From a virus, in the IMG/VR virus record IMGVR_UViG_3300027017_000001: a DNA stretch of 44,171 nt, one strand, 5' to 3'. Under the pieces are notes generated by a model. The model was not told the DNA's origin. It saw nothing but the letters and a program-made list of their open reading frames with translations, and did not search any database. Below, piece by piece: positions 8,329 through 17,798 of the stretch. Numbering within the stretch: the first letter of the stretch is position 1; every line of letters begins with the position of its first letter. The translations under genes and the position numbers were made by a program.

Positions 8329-10066
8329 TCAAGACGTCATCAAGGAGTTTTTGGTCGGCCTCGGTTTCAAAGTCGACCAGAAGGGTGCGAAGGACTTCAC
8401 CAAAGGCATCGACACTGCGACCAAAAGCGTCGTTAAGCTGGTGACTGTGATCGCTGGCGCATCGCTGACCGTTGCTGCTGGCGTGTCTGCGTTCGCATCC
8501 AATCTTGAAGGGCTGTATTTCGCATCCCAGCGCGTCGGATCTTCGGCAGAAAGCCTCAAGTCTGCTGAATATGCTGCTCGCGACCTGGGTGCATCGGCTG
8601 ATGAGGCGCGCGGATCGATCGAGGGGATCGCCAAGTTCCTGCGTGACAACCCAGGCGGCGAAGATTTCCTGAAAGGGATCGGCGTTCAGACCCGAGATGC
8701 AAACGGAAATCTTCGCGACACTGCCGATATGCTGGTCAACATCGGCCAGAAGCTGAAGGCAATGCCGTGGTACCAAGCCAACCAGTACGCTGGCGTGCTG
8801 GGGATTGATGAGCGCACCTTGCGTGCCATTCAGGATGACAAGTTCGGCGCGAAGCTGGAGCAGAACCGGAAAAAGCTCAGGGATAGTGGACTTGATCAGG
8901 CCACCAAGGACGCCCACGCGTTCATGGATGCGCTGCGAAGCGTCGGTCTTCAGTTCGAGACGTTCTCGGTCCAGGTGCAGGCCGCCCTTATGGGCAAGCT
9001 TGGGCCAGACCTGAAGCGTTTCGCTGAGTGGTTCCAGCAGAATGGACCAATGATCGCTAACCGGGTCGCGGACATCGCGGTCAAGATCATTGACTTCGTG
9101 GAGAAGTCTGGCCCGTACCTTCAAAAAATATGGGACTTCTTCGTCAAGCTTGATGAAGCAACGGATGGGTGGAGCACTCGAATCATTGTGCTTCTGGGCC
9201 TGCTGAACGCCCTCGGCGCCTTGTCATTGATCAGTGGCGTCACTCGTCTCGCTGGAGCCTTCCTGTCACTCGGAAGCGCAATTACCGGGTTGTCTGGTGC
9301 CGCTGCAATCATCACCCCGCTGGCGGGCGCGGTAGCATTGTTGTACTCGCCGACGCTGAATGATGGCGAAGACGAAATAATCGAAAAAATCAGGGAAAAG
9401 CAGGGGCTTCCACCTCGTAAGGGAATTTCGGAGGACGGCTCGCCCACCTTTGAAGGTCAGACGCCAAAGCAGGCTGCCCGCGAACGCGCGATGGCTGATG
9501 CCTGGCGCAAGAGCCAGGACGTCGACAAGGACCAATCGAACTTCGTCTCTGATTTCTTCGAGAACATGGGGTGGACGAAGGAGCAGGCAGCCGGCATCAC
9601 GGCAAACCTTGCCGCCGAAAGCAACTTTGACCCCAAGGCAAAAGGCGACTGGGGGATCGCCGGACCGGAAGCGCGAGGAGTGGCTCAGTGGCACAGGGAT
9701 CGACAGGATGAGTTTGAAAAGTGGGCAGGATTCAACATTCGCGACGATCGCGCAGACTTGGTCAAGCAGCTGGAGTTTGTGCACCACGAACTGACCGAGG
9801 GCGCCGAAAAGAAGGCCGGAAATCTGCTCCGAGCCACCAACAACGCCGAAGACGCCGGCGCTGTAGTGTCGCGCTACTACGAGCGGCCTAAGGAAACCGA
9901 GCGGGAAGCGGCGACGCGCGGGCAAATGGCAGCCCAGTTGAGCCAAACCACCCACATCACCGTCCACGGCGCGACCGACCCGAACGCCACCGCGACAGCC
10001 GTCAGCGGCGCACAGACTCGGGTGAACCAGGAAATCACTCGGAATATGAACTCGGCGGTGAATTGA
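8321..10066 (+). CDS. Tape measure protein with C-terminal lysozyme-like (phage tail lysozyme) domain
   Basis: 581-aa ORF with helical and TM-like central segments. The C-terminal motif GWTKEQAAGITANLAAESNFDPKAKGD...GVAQWHRDR is typical of the tail-lysozyme domain. Confidence 0.85.
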   Translation: MADQDVIKEFLVGLGFKVDQKGAKDFTKGIDTATKSVVKLVTVIAGASLTVAAGVSAFASNLEGLYFASQRVGSSAESLKSAEYAARDLGASADEARGSIEGIAKFLRDNPGGEDFLKGIGVQTRDANGNLRDTADMLVNIGQKLKAMPWYQANQYAGVLGIDERTLRAIQDDKFGAKLEQNRKKLRDSGLDQATKDAHAFMDALRSVGLQFETFSVQVQAALMGKLGPDLKRFAEWFQQNGPMIANRVADIAVKIIDFVEKSGPYLQKIWDFFVKLDEATDGWSTRIIVLLGLLNALGALSLISGVTRLAGAFLSLGSAITGLSGAAAIITPLAGAVALLYSPTLNDGEDEIIEKIREKQGLPPRKGISEDGSPTFEGQTPKQAARERAMADAWRKSQDVDKDQSNFVSDFFENMGWTKEQAAGITANLAAESNFDPKAKGDWGIAGPEARGVAQWHRDRQDEFEKWAGFNIRDDRADLVKQLEFVHHELTEGAEKKAGNLLRATNNAEDAGAVVSRYYERPKETEREAATRGQMAAQLSQTTHITVHGATDPNATATAVSGAQTRVNQEITRNMNSAVN

Positions 10067-10067
10067 T

Positions 10068-10658
10068 ATGCCCAATTTTGCTGGTTTCATTACCATCGAC
10101 CCCAAGCGTTCGATTGGCAGCATCGTTGCCCACGTCACTATTGAAGAAGTGGGCACCGATGAACTGCAGATCACGGAGCACCCGGTAGAACTCGGCGCGA
10201 ATATCACAGACCACGCCTTCAAGAAGCCAGCGGAGCTGATCGTCCGGTGCGGCTGGAGCAATGCCAGTCTCGCCGGCGTGGTTTCTGGTGTGAAAGGGCT
10301 AATCACTGCCCTGCAGGGCGGCGACGCATTTGGCTCTGACTACGTTTCAGGGATCTACAACCAGCTCCTGGCATTGCAGGAATCGCGAATTCCTTTCGAC
10401 GTGACCACCGGAAAGCGCCTCTACACCAACATGCTGATGCGTAGCCTGGGCGTCACCACCGATGAGAAAAGCGAATACACGCTGATGGTGACCGCTGTTT
10501 TCAAGCAGGTCCTCATTGTCCTGACGCAGGCTACAACGCTGCCGCCGCGCGACGATCAAGCCGAGCCTGAGTCAACCGCTGAAACGACCGATGCGGGGGT
10601 CAAGCAGGCAGTGGTCGGAGTTCCCGCACCGGGCGGATGGCAACCACCAGACGGATAA
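10068..10658 (+). CDS. Tail/baseplate assembly protein
   Basis: 196-aa ORF directly after the tape measure gene. Function is inferred from position only. Confidence 0.6.
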   Translation: MPNFAGFITIDPKRSIGSIVAHVTIEEVGTDELQITEHPVELGANITDHAFKKPAELIVRCGWSNASLAGVVSGVKGLITALQGGDAFGSDYVSGIYNQLLALQESRIPFDVTTGKRLYTNMLMRSLGVTTDEKSEYTLMVTAVFKQVLIVLTQATTLPPRDDQAEPESTAETTDAGVKQAVVGVPAPGGWQPPDG

Positions 10659-10661
10659 CCC

Positions 10662-10973
10662 ATGGCCAACTTTGAAATTCCGCTGAGCCCAAGCCCGCAG
10701 ACCTTCACTATATCGCTGTCTGGCACCGACTACCGATTAACCGTGCAGTGGCGGAACGCTGAGGGCGCCGGCTGGATACTCGACATCGCTGATAGCGGCG
10801 GGAGCCCGATCATTGAGGGTATACCACTGGTGACCGGCGTGAACCTTCTTGAGCAGTACGACTACCTAGGTTTCACCGGGGTGCTCTGGGTTCAAACCAC
10901 TGCGGATCCCGACGCTGTGCCGACCTTCGACAATCTCGGTATCGGCTCGCACCTTTACTGGTTCACGGAGTGA
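10662..10973 (+). CDS. Baseplate-associated hypothetical protein
   Basis: 103-aa ORF in the baseplate block. Confidence 0.55.
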   Translation: MANFEIPLSPSPQTFTISLSGTDYRLTVQWRNAEGAGWILDIADSGGSPIIEGIPLVTGVNLLEQYDYLGFTGVLWVQTTADPDAVPTFDNLGIGSHLYWFTE

Positions 10974-10976
10974 TCA

Positions 10977-11942
10977 ATGAGCGTTCCTCAATACCTCCGG
11001 CAGATCAGCCTAAAGGTTGGTGATGCGGATGACGCGCTCGACCTTTCGGAGATGCGAATTCGATTCGCAGTAAGGCGTGGCGACTTCAAAACCCCAAACT
11101 CTGCTGATCTGCGCATCTACAACCTTGCAGAAGCGACAATCCAGAGGATCGAAAAGGAGTTTACCCGGATCGTCCTGCAGGCTGGGTACGCGGGAAACTT
11201 CGGAATAATTTTCGACGGAACCATCAAGCAGGTTCGGAGGGGAAGAGAAAGCCAGACGGATACCTACATAGACATCACCGCGGCAGATGGCGACAGCGCT
11301 TACAACTTCGCCGTCATGAATGTGACTCTGGCAGCCGGCTCAACGGCGAATGAACACCTTGAACTTGCTCTCCAGTCCATGGCGTCAAGGGGTATATCGA
11401 TTGGCGAGACCCCGGCCCTGTCGATCAACAAGCTGCCCCGCGGTAAAGTTTTCTACGGCATGACCCGGGACTTTCTCGACATATTGGGTAAAACCCAAAA
11501 TGTGAGTTGGAGCATTCAGGATGGAAAGCTGACCTTAATTCCGAACAATGCCTATCTGCCAGGTGAGGCCGTTGTGGTTACTTCGGCTACGGGCATGGTT
11601 GGGCTTCCTGAGCAAACCCAGAATGGAATCAACGTCAGGACTCTGCTCAACCCAGGCATCCGCATCGGTAAGCAGCTTAAAATCGACAACAGCAGCATCC
11701 AACGCTATCGGTTCGGATTGGGTGTTACTGCCGGAACGTCCAACAGCTTCGTCGCTCAGCAAGCAAAAATTTCGGATGACGGATTCTACAAGGCTTTCGT
11801 GGTCGATCACTACGGTGATAACCGAGGGAACGACTGGTACACGGACACGATTTGTCTGGCGATCGATGCTACCGTGCCGCTTGGGCTTTTGCCACAAACA
11901 GGCGGCGTGGGGCCGGTAGGTCCTGTTAAGCCCTACGGTTAG
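10977..11942 (+). CDS. Baseplate hub-like protein
   Basis: 321-aa ORF upstream of the spike gene. The hub call rests mostly on position. Confidence 0.6.
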   Translation: MSVPQYLRQISLKVGDADDALDLSEMRIRFAVRRGDFKTPNSADLRIYNLAEATIQRIEKEFTRIVLQAGYAGNFGIIFDGTIKQVRRGRESQTDTYIDITAADGDSAYNFAVMNVTLAAGSTANEHLELALQSMASRGISIGETPALSINKLPRGKVFYGMTRDFLDILGKTQNVSWSIQDGKLTLIPNNAYLPGEAVVVTSATGMVGLPEQTQNGINVRTLLNPGIRIGKQLKIDNSSIQRYRFGLGVTAGTSNSFVAQQAKISDDGFYKAFVVDHYGDNRGNDWYTDTICLAIDATVPLGLLPQTGGVGPVGPVKPYG

Positions 11943-12346
11943 TTGCACATGCCTACAGCTTTCGCGTATCGAGACCCCTGATTTGGTGAGTCGGTAACGA
12001 TCGCAGAAGTGCCATTCAGTCTGGCCGAAACGTAAGCGTTTGGTGGGGCGTAGGAATGGCTGCCATCCTGTCGGACAATGATAAACGAACCGTCCAATCG
12101 ATTTCCCCAGCAGCCTTTAAGCTCTAAAGCCGGACCCGCGCCGCTCTTGAATGAGTAGGCACGTAGGTCCTTGGCATGAGCCAGTGGAAGCTCACAGGCT
12201 CGCTCTCGATACAGAACTTCCTGAGCCGCGCCGATCTGGAATTGATCTCCAACGCACTGATGCCCTTTGGCTGTCTGGACATAGACTGTTTCTGCGCTGG
12301 CCAGTGCTGGCGCAAGCAGGGCGCCTATCAATAAAAACTTTCTCAT
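11939..12346 (-). CDS. Secreted hypothetical protein (reverse-oriented moron)
   Basis: ATG 12346-12344 is preceded by GGAGAG. The product starts MRKFLLIGALLAPALASA, a Sec signal with an AxA site. The mature part is about 117 aa with 4 Cys. This is the 3' part of track ORF 11939..12397. Confidence 0.75.
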   Translation of the reverse strand: MRKFLLIGALLAPALASAETVYVQTAKGHQCVGDQFQIGAAQEVLYRERACELPLAHAKDLRAYSFKSGAGPALELKGCWGNRLDGSFIIVRQDGSHSYAPPNAYVSARLNGTSAIVTDSPNQGSRYAKAVGMCN

Positions 12347-12357
12347 GGTGACTCTCC

Positions 12358-13062
12358 ATGGATGCACGCGAGCGGATGAACGACCCGATTGTAGCAATGT
12401 CGGTCGCGCTTGGTGGCTGGCAGTCGAAGCTGCAGACAGCTAGCCCCGGGATTATTGAATCGTTTGATCGTGATGCTATGACTTGCAGCGTTCAGCCCGC
12501 GATAAAAGGACAGATTCGCGATGAAACTGGGGCTGTTCAAGATGTTGATTTACCAATGTTGGTTGACTGCCCTGTGCAGTTTCCGTCAGGTGGCGGTTGC
12601 ACGCTGACCTTCCCCGTAAAAAAAGGTGACGAATGCCTGGTGGTGTTCTCGTCCCGTTGCATAGATTCGTGGTGGCAGTCAGGCGGAGTCCAAGCACAAG
12701 CGGATCTGCGCATGCACGACATGTCAGATGGGTTCGCTCTGCTGGGCTTCCGCTCGCAGCCACGGGTGATCGGAAATATCAGCAGCACCGCGGCACAGCT
12801 GCGCACGGATGACGGCGCAGCATTCGTCGAGGTCGACTCGAGTACGCACGCTATCAACGCAACAACCAGCGGCGCCGCGACAGTTAGCGCCCAGGGCAAC
12901 ATCACCATGAGCGCGCCACTGGTGACAATCAATGGCGATGTGAAGGTAAACGGCCGAGTCGATACGACTGGTGACGTGAAGGCCGGAACCATCAGCCTGA
13001 TGACCCATAGAACCAGCGGGGTTACCGCTGGCGGCGGAACGAGCGGAGTGCCGGTGCCATGA
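12358..13062 (+). CDS. Baseplate central spike (gpV / Gp138-N-like)
   Basis: Motifs FPVKKGDECLVVFSSRCIDSWW and the C-terminal GDVKAGTISLMTHRTSGVTAGGGTSGVPVP are typical of spike proteins. Alternative ATGs exist downstream. Confidence 0.8.
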   Translation: MDARERMNDPIVAMSVALGGWQSKLQTASPGIIESFDRDAMTCSVQPAIKGQIRDETGAVQDVDLPMLVDCPVQFPSGGGCTLTFPVKKGDECLVVFSSRCIDSWWQSGGVQAQADLRMHDMSDGFALLGFRSQPRVIGNISSTAAQLRTDDGAAFVEVDSSTHAINATTSGAATVSAQGNITMSAPLVTINGDVKVNGRVDTTGDVKAGTISLMTHRTSGVTAGGGTSGVPVP

Positions 13063-13412
13063 GATACAGAAAGCTCGATGCCAATGGCGATTACACCTTT
13101 GGACACCAGCAGGCCGACTTCCTACGTGACTCCCCGGAAGCGGTAGCCCAGGCCATCGGCACCAGGCTGAAGCTCGATCAGGGCGAATGGTTTCTGGACA
13201 AAACAGAAGGGATGCCGTGGAAGACGGAAGTTCTGGGCGAGCGGACCATCGCCACTCGTGATTCCGCCGTTCAGAAGCGAATCCTTGGCACACAAGGGGT
13301 CGTCCAGCTCGATAGCTATAACAGCGGCTTCGATCCGGATACGCGCAAGTTCACACCAACAGCCGAAGTCACCACGGTCTACGGCCAGACGATTATCAAC
13401 GGGACTTCCTAA
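13059..13412 (+). CDS. Baseplate wedge small subunit (gpW/gp25 position)
   Basis: 117-aa ORF with a 4-nt overlap onto the spike gene, upstream of the J-like gene. Confidence 0.6.
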   Translation: MRYRKLDANGDYTFGHQQADFLRDSPEAVAQAIGTRLKLDQGEWFLDKTEGMPWKTEVLGERTIATRDSAVQKRILGTQGVVQLDSYNSGFDPDTRKFTPTAEVTTVYGQTIINGTS

Positions 13413-14591
13413 ATGGCCTCTCCAACCGCACCGACTATTACCGCAACCGGGATCACGGCTCCGACTTATGCCGAGATCCTCGATTACCTGAAGGCGAAGT
13501 ATCGATCGATCTACGGAGATGACGTTTACCTTGAGGCTGATTCGCAGGACGGCCAATTTCTGGCGGTACAGGCATTGGCCATCGGTGACGCCAACGCCGC
13601 CACGATTGCCGCCTATCTCTCGTTTTCGCCGGCGACTGCACAGAACGCTGCGCTCTCCAGCAATGTTAAGATCAACGGTATCGCCCGCGCCGTGGCGACC
13701 AACTCTCAGTCCGACCTGACGATCATCGGACAGGCCGGCACCACCATCACGAATGGTTTTGCCGAGGATGTAAACGGAAACAAGTGGGCGCTCCCTGCTT
13801 CAGTGGTTATTCCTCCGTCGGGTGAGGTCGTCGAGACTGCGACTTGCGTGACAGTAGGCGCGATCACCGCAACCGCTGGGCAAATCAACAAAATCTCAAC
13901 AGTTACCAGGGGCTGGCAAAGCGTCACGAATCTTTCGGATGCAGCACCTGGAGCGCCGGTAGAAACCGACCCAAAGCTTCGCGCAAAGCAGAAGACATCG
14001 ACTGCCCTTCCCTCAAGAACTGTTCTTGAGGGAACGATTGGTGCTGTCGCTAACGTTACAGGCGTTACTAGGTACTCGGCAGTCGATAACGACACGAAAG
14101 TAACAGACTCAAATGGAATACCAGGAAATAGCCTGGCCATGGTTGTCGAGGGTGGTGACGCGAATGAGATCGCATCAGCAATAGCGGCAAAAAAAGGCCC
14201 TGGCGGCGGAACCTTTGGTACTACCTCAATTTCCACCACCAACGTTTACGGCATGCCTGTCACCATAAAGTTCTTCCGGCCAACCAACCAACCAATTACG
14301 GCTGCAGCCTCATTAAAGGCACTATCCGGTTACACCACGGCAATTGGCGCGGCGCTTCAACAGGCCGTGTCAGATTATGTAAATCAGGTGGCAATAGGCG
14401 GTGGTCCAAGCGGAACCGTGGAATGGGCTGATGCCCTGACTGCCGCAAATAGTATCCCTGGCAGCGCAACGTTCAAGCTTACGGCCTTGACCATATCTGG
14501 TCCTGGCGGGCCAGGCGCTCCAGATGTACCGCTTGCATTTAACCAGGCCGCCTCATGTACACCGGCTTCCGTTGTCCTTACGGTGACCTGA
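13413..14591 (+). CDS. Baseplate J-like protein
   Basis: 392-aa ORF. The N-terminal region ILDYLKAKYRSIYGDDVYLEADSQDGQFL is typical of the Baseplate_J family. Confidence 0.8.
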   Translation: MASPTAPTITATGITAPTYAEILDYLKAKYRSIYGDDVYLEADSQDGQFLAVQALAIGDANAATIAAYLSFSPATAQNAALSSNVKINGIARAVATNSQSDLTIIGQAGTTITNGFAEDVNGNKWALPASVVIPPSGEVVETATCVTVGAITATAGQINKISTVTRGWQSVTNLSDAAPGAPVETDPKLRAKQKTSTALPSRTVLEGTIGAVANVTGVTRYSAVDNDTKVTDSNGIPGNSLAMVVEGGDANEIASAIAAKKGPGGGTFGTTSISTTNVYGMPVTIKFFRPTNQPITAAASLKALSGYTTAIGAALQQAVSDYVNQVAIGGGPSGTVEWADALTAANSIPGSATFKLTALTISGPGGPGAPDVPLAFNQAASCTPASVVLTVT

Positions 14592-14592
14592 T

Positions 14593-15252
14593 ATGGCAAA
14601 CATCAAGGATTACACCGGGAAAATCACCAGCGAGCACTCCGACAAACCGAAGTACATGGCGATGGTTGAGGCTATATCGCAGTGTTTTTTAGACGCAAAT
14701 ATTGTTGCCAGTAGCCTTCCATCGATATTCGATTTAGATGATGCGGTGGGTGTGCAGCTCGATGATATCGGCCTATGGGTCGGCATATCTAGGAATGTTA
14801 GAACTCCGCTCACAGGCGTGTACTTCTCTCTTGACGTCGACGGGCTAGGGTTTGACCAGGGTGTATGGCAAGGTCCATTCGATCCTGATAGCGGTGTAAC
14901 TAGACTGGACGACGACACGTATCGACTGCTGCTCAGGGCAAGGATCGGTGCAAATCGCTGGGACGGAACAATGGTGCAGTCTAAGGAAATCTTGGACCTG
15001 GTGTTTGCTGATGGAACCCTTGCTTTCATCCAAGACAACCAAGATATGACCATGACCGTCTGCGTTGCCGGAACCTCTCCATCTGCTCTCGAGCTAGCGC
15101 TACTTACTGGCGGGTACATCCCCATCAAGCCTCAAAGCGTTGGCGTTGATTACTACATCGTTTCAACAGAAGAGGGTCCTCTCTTCGGGTTTGACTCAAC
15201 CAACCAATACATCTCCGGCTTCGACCAAGGAAGCTGGGGAAAAATCTACTAA
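14593..15252 (+). CDS. Baseplate protein (DUF2612-like, gpI position)
   Basis: 219-aa ORF after the J-like gene. The motif call is from memory. Confidence 0.65.
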   Translation: MANIKDYTGKITSEHSDKPKYMAMVEAISQCFLDANIVASSLPSIFDLDDAVGVQLDDIGLWVGISRNVRTPLTGVYFSLDVDGLGFDQGVWQGPFDPDSGVTRLDDDTYRLLLRARIGANRWDGTMVQSKEILDLVFADGTLAFIQDNQDMTMTVCVAGTSPSALELALLTGGYIPIKPQSVGVDYYIVSTEEGPLFGFDSTNQYISGFDQGSWGKIY

Positions 15253-15267
15253 AAAATCGGAGTATCT

Positions 15268-16209
15268 ATGCCAACGAATGACTTTTTGCCGTTCGGCTCT
15301 GCCGTGGGTGCTAATGTCTTGTCCCAGGCGGACTATGCAGAACTTACAGCAAGGTCAAATGGATTCTCCGCTGGTACGGCCGCATCAATCCAGCTAAATA
15401 AAGTATGGCGTCAGGCCTCAATCATGGCGGCAATGATCGGCCAGTTTATTGTCGATAATAATGGAACGGACGCAATCGACGATGGGACAATCACAACCTT
15501 GCTTAATAGCTTTAAGCAGGGGCTCAATAAGGCCGGCGTGACTGCTCCGCAGTTTGATAACACAACAAAACTTGCGACTACTGAGTTTGTTAGGAGCTCA
15601 CTTGGAAGCATGGCAGGCGTTAGGGTTTTAAGCGCTGGCGTCAGCCTAACTGCTGCAGATGTTGGGCATGTGGTAGTCGCAAATATTGCCTCTGGAGGGG
15701 TAATAAATCTGCCTGCCTTCTCAAGCCTTTATGCCGGAGCAAGATTCTACATCCAATGCGGCGCTAGCTCTGGGGCTATCACTGTAAATGCTCCAGCAGG
15801 AATGTCATTTGGCGCTCCAAATGCCAGCGGAAACCCGACATCTATAACTGTGCGCCCTGGCGTTGCTCAAGATTTCATTTATATTTCCAGCTCAACCATT
15901 TTGGTGACAAATGGCGCTGGTATTGCGCAGCTTGGAACAAGTGGGTACGAGCTATCCGCAAATGGAAAGATTTTGCAATGGGTTCGGGTTAGCTCGACAG
16001 GGGTAACGCCAAATGTATTTCAGACAATAACACTGCCGATCGCAGCTCCAAATGGTGTTCTATGTGCTTTTGGATCTAACTGCTCGGTTTCTCAATCTGA
16101 TACATTTTCCGTTAATGTCATAGAGAACACCAACAGCACGATCAGGATCTCTTGGTCTGCAACAAACGGTGGCGCTGCCGGCGCTAGGATTTTTATTGTT
16201 TGCAACTAA
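15268..16209 (+). CDS. Tail fibre protein
   Basis: 313-aa ORF. The N-terminus MPTNDFLPFGSAVGANVLSQADYAEL is typical of fibre proteins. G+C is lower than the flanks, and a Tfa-like gene follows. Confidence 0.8.
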   Translation: MPTNDFLPFGSAVGANVLSQADYAELTARSNGFSAGTAASIQLNKVWRQASIMAAMIGQFIVDNNGTDAIDDGTITTLLNSFKQGLNKAGVTAPQFDNTTKLATTEFVRSSLGSMAGVRVLSAGVSLTAADVGHVVVANIASGGVINLPAFSSLYAGARFYIQCGASSGAITVNAPAGMSFGAPNASGNPTSITVRPGVAQDFIYISSSTILVTNGAGIAQLGTSGYELSANGKILQWVRVSSTGVTPNVFQTITLPIAAPNGVLCAFGSNCSVSQSDTFSVNVIENTNSTIRISWSATNGGAAGARIFIVCN

Positions 16210-16220
16210 TTGGGTGAATC

Positions 16221-16643
16221 ATGTTTTATTCAGAAAGTACTGGCGGTTTTTATGACAATGAAATTCATGCTGGGAAAATTCCTGACGATGCAGTCTCTCT
16301 TAGCAAGGATGAATATGATGGCCTAATGTCGGGTCAGTGCTCGGGCCTGGAAATTTACTTCGACAAAGAATCTGGAAAGCCAGCGCTTCGGGTTCGGCCA
16401 GAGCCAACTCGAGAAGAACTGGTCGCCTCAGAGAAAATCTGGAGGGGAGACGCACTGCTGGAGACGGATAGCTTTGTGGCGCGACACCGGGATGAGGTAG
16501 AGGGTGGCGAGAAAACAACGCTTACTGATTCGCAGTACCAGGAACTTCAGCGATACCGCAAAAACCTGAGAAACTGGCCAGATATGCCTGAGTTTCCAGA
16601 TGTCGATCGCCGCCCAAAAGGACCTGTGTGGCTGACACAGTGA
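16221..16643 (+). CDS. Tail fibre assembly chaperone (Tfa/Caudo_TAP-like)
   Basis: 140-aa ORF. The N-terminus MFYSESTGGFYDNEIH is typical of tail fibre assembly proteins. Confidence 0.8.
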   Translation: MFYSESTGGFYDNEIHAGKIPDDAVSLSKDEYDGLMSGQCSGLEIYFDKESGKPALRVRPEPTREELVASEKIWRGDALLETDSFVARHRDEVEGGEKTTLTDSQYQELQRYRKNLRNWPDMPEFPDVDRRPKGPVWLTQ

Positions 16644-16706
16644 CCTTCGCGATGTGCTATCAAAGGTGGACGTAAAGCATTACCCTTGTCGCTCAATCGA
16701 AAAGGC

Positions 16707-17753
16707 ATGGGTTACATGGGTTCTACAGTGCATCACGCCACCTCTGATTCTTATATCTCAGCGCTCGACTCCCTTCGCGCTTACGCTGTAATTATTGTCG
16801 CGATAAGTCACTGGATACCAACAGGCTTCTCTTACAATATCGGGCATGCTGGCGTCAGTTTATTCTTTGTGTTAAGCGGTTTTGTTAATGGCTTGAGCTG
16901 GAGAAGGCCAGGTGGTGGCAATTACTTCAGCTTCATCTGGCGAAGGATTGCAAGAATATGGCCTGCATATTTTCTGGTGGTCTTTCTATCAGTGTTCTTT
17001 TTCTTTGATATGTATGAGGTATCTCCGATTTGGAATATTTTATTCCTTTCAGATGTTGCATCTATCATACATAGATCTCCGTTGTTTCCGGCTCACTTGT
17101 GGTCACTAGGCGTTGAACAGCAATTCTACTTTATTTTTCCTATTATCGCCGCAATAGCATGGAGGGTTAGATCAAAGTATATTGCGTTCATTGTATTGCT
17201 GTTGTGGATTTTTGTGAGGTTGCTGCTTGGATATTTTTCTGATGAAAATATTCAGTTGATAAGGTATTCAGTTGTAAGCTCAATTGATCTTTTTTTGGCT
17301 GGTTTGTTTGCATCGAGATTGCTTGCTGTTAGCGACAGATCATCTATGTTGTTTTCATATTTCGCCGGGGTTGTTGGCTTTTTGATTATTGCAAGCTGTT
17401 TTATGGGTTCTAGGTTTAGCGTGCTTTATGCTGCAAATACAGGTATTGCGCTGATAGGTATTTGTTTTATTTATTCTGCTGTTAATGGATCTAGAGCGCT
17501 TTCGTTGGTTACTGACTTTAAATGCCTTAAGTATCTCGGAAGGATTAGTTATGGGTTTTATCTTTATCATTTTCTAATTGGTATCGCGCTTTACCCTATG
17601 GTTCAAGATTATGGAATTTTGGCGTATTTTTTATGTTCCTTTGTGTTAACTTTAATTGCGTCCTCCATTAGTTTTCATTTTTTTGAGTCTCCTGCTAAAA
17701 ATTATCTTGTAAACGCTTATAAGCGCTCAACTAAGAGTGTCGAAACCTCATAA
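16707..17753 (+). CDS. Integral-membrane acyltransferase family 3 (O-antigen/polysaccharide O-acetylase-like) moron
   Basis: Multi-TM ORF with the N-terminal motif LDSLRAYAVIIVAISHW. Hand-counted lines give about 40% G+C against about 62% in the endolysin gene. An intrinsic terminator follows. ATG 16707 was chosen over the TTG at 16686. Confidence 0.8.
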   Translation: MGYMGSTVHHATSDSYISALDSLRAYAVIIVAISHWIPTGFSYNIGHAGVSLFFVLSGFVNGLSWRRPGGGNYFSFIWRRIARIWPAYFLVVFLSVFFFFDMYEVSPIWNILFLSDVASIIHRSPLFPAHLWSLGVEQQFYFIFPIIAAIAWRVRSKYIAFIVLLLWIFVRLLLGYFSDENIQLIRYSVVSSIDLFLAGLFASRLLAVSDRSSMLFSYFAGVVGFLIIASCFMGSRFSVLYAANTGIALIGICFIYSAVNGSRALSLVTDFKCLKYLGRISYGFYLYHFLIGIALYPMVQDYGILAYFLCSFVLTLIASSISFHFFESPAKNYLVNAYKRSTKSVETS

Positions 17754-17774
17754 GGATTTAATCAGTAGCTATCG

Positions 17775-17798
17775 GCCCGCCTCGAGCGGGCTTTTTTT
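17775..17798 (+). terminator. Rho-independent terminator after the acyltransferase
   Basis: The stem is GCCCGC-ctcga-GCGGGC, followed by T7. Confidence 0.7.

Noticed and set aside
8093-10306. Two very long minus-strand ORFs (8093..9124, 343 aa; 9266..10306, 346 aa) antisense to the chaperone and tape measure genes
   Set aside because: These are shadow ORFs typical of high-GC DNA. Their products are Arg/Pro/Ser/Ala-rich low-complexity sequences, they have no RBS, and they fully overlap well-supported plus-strand structural genes.
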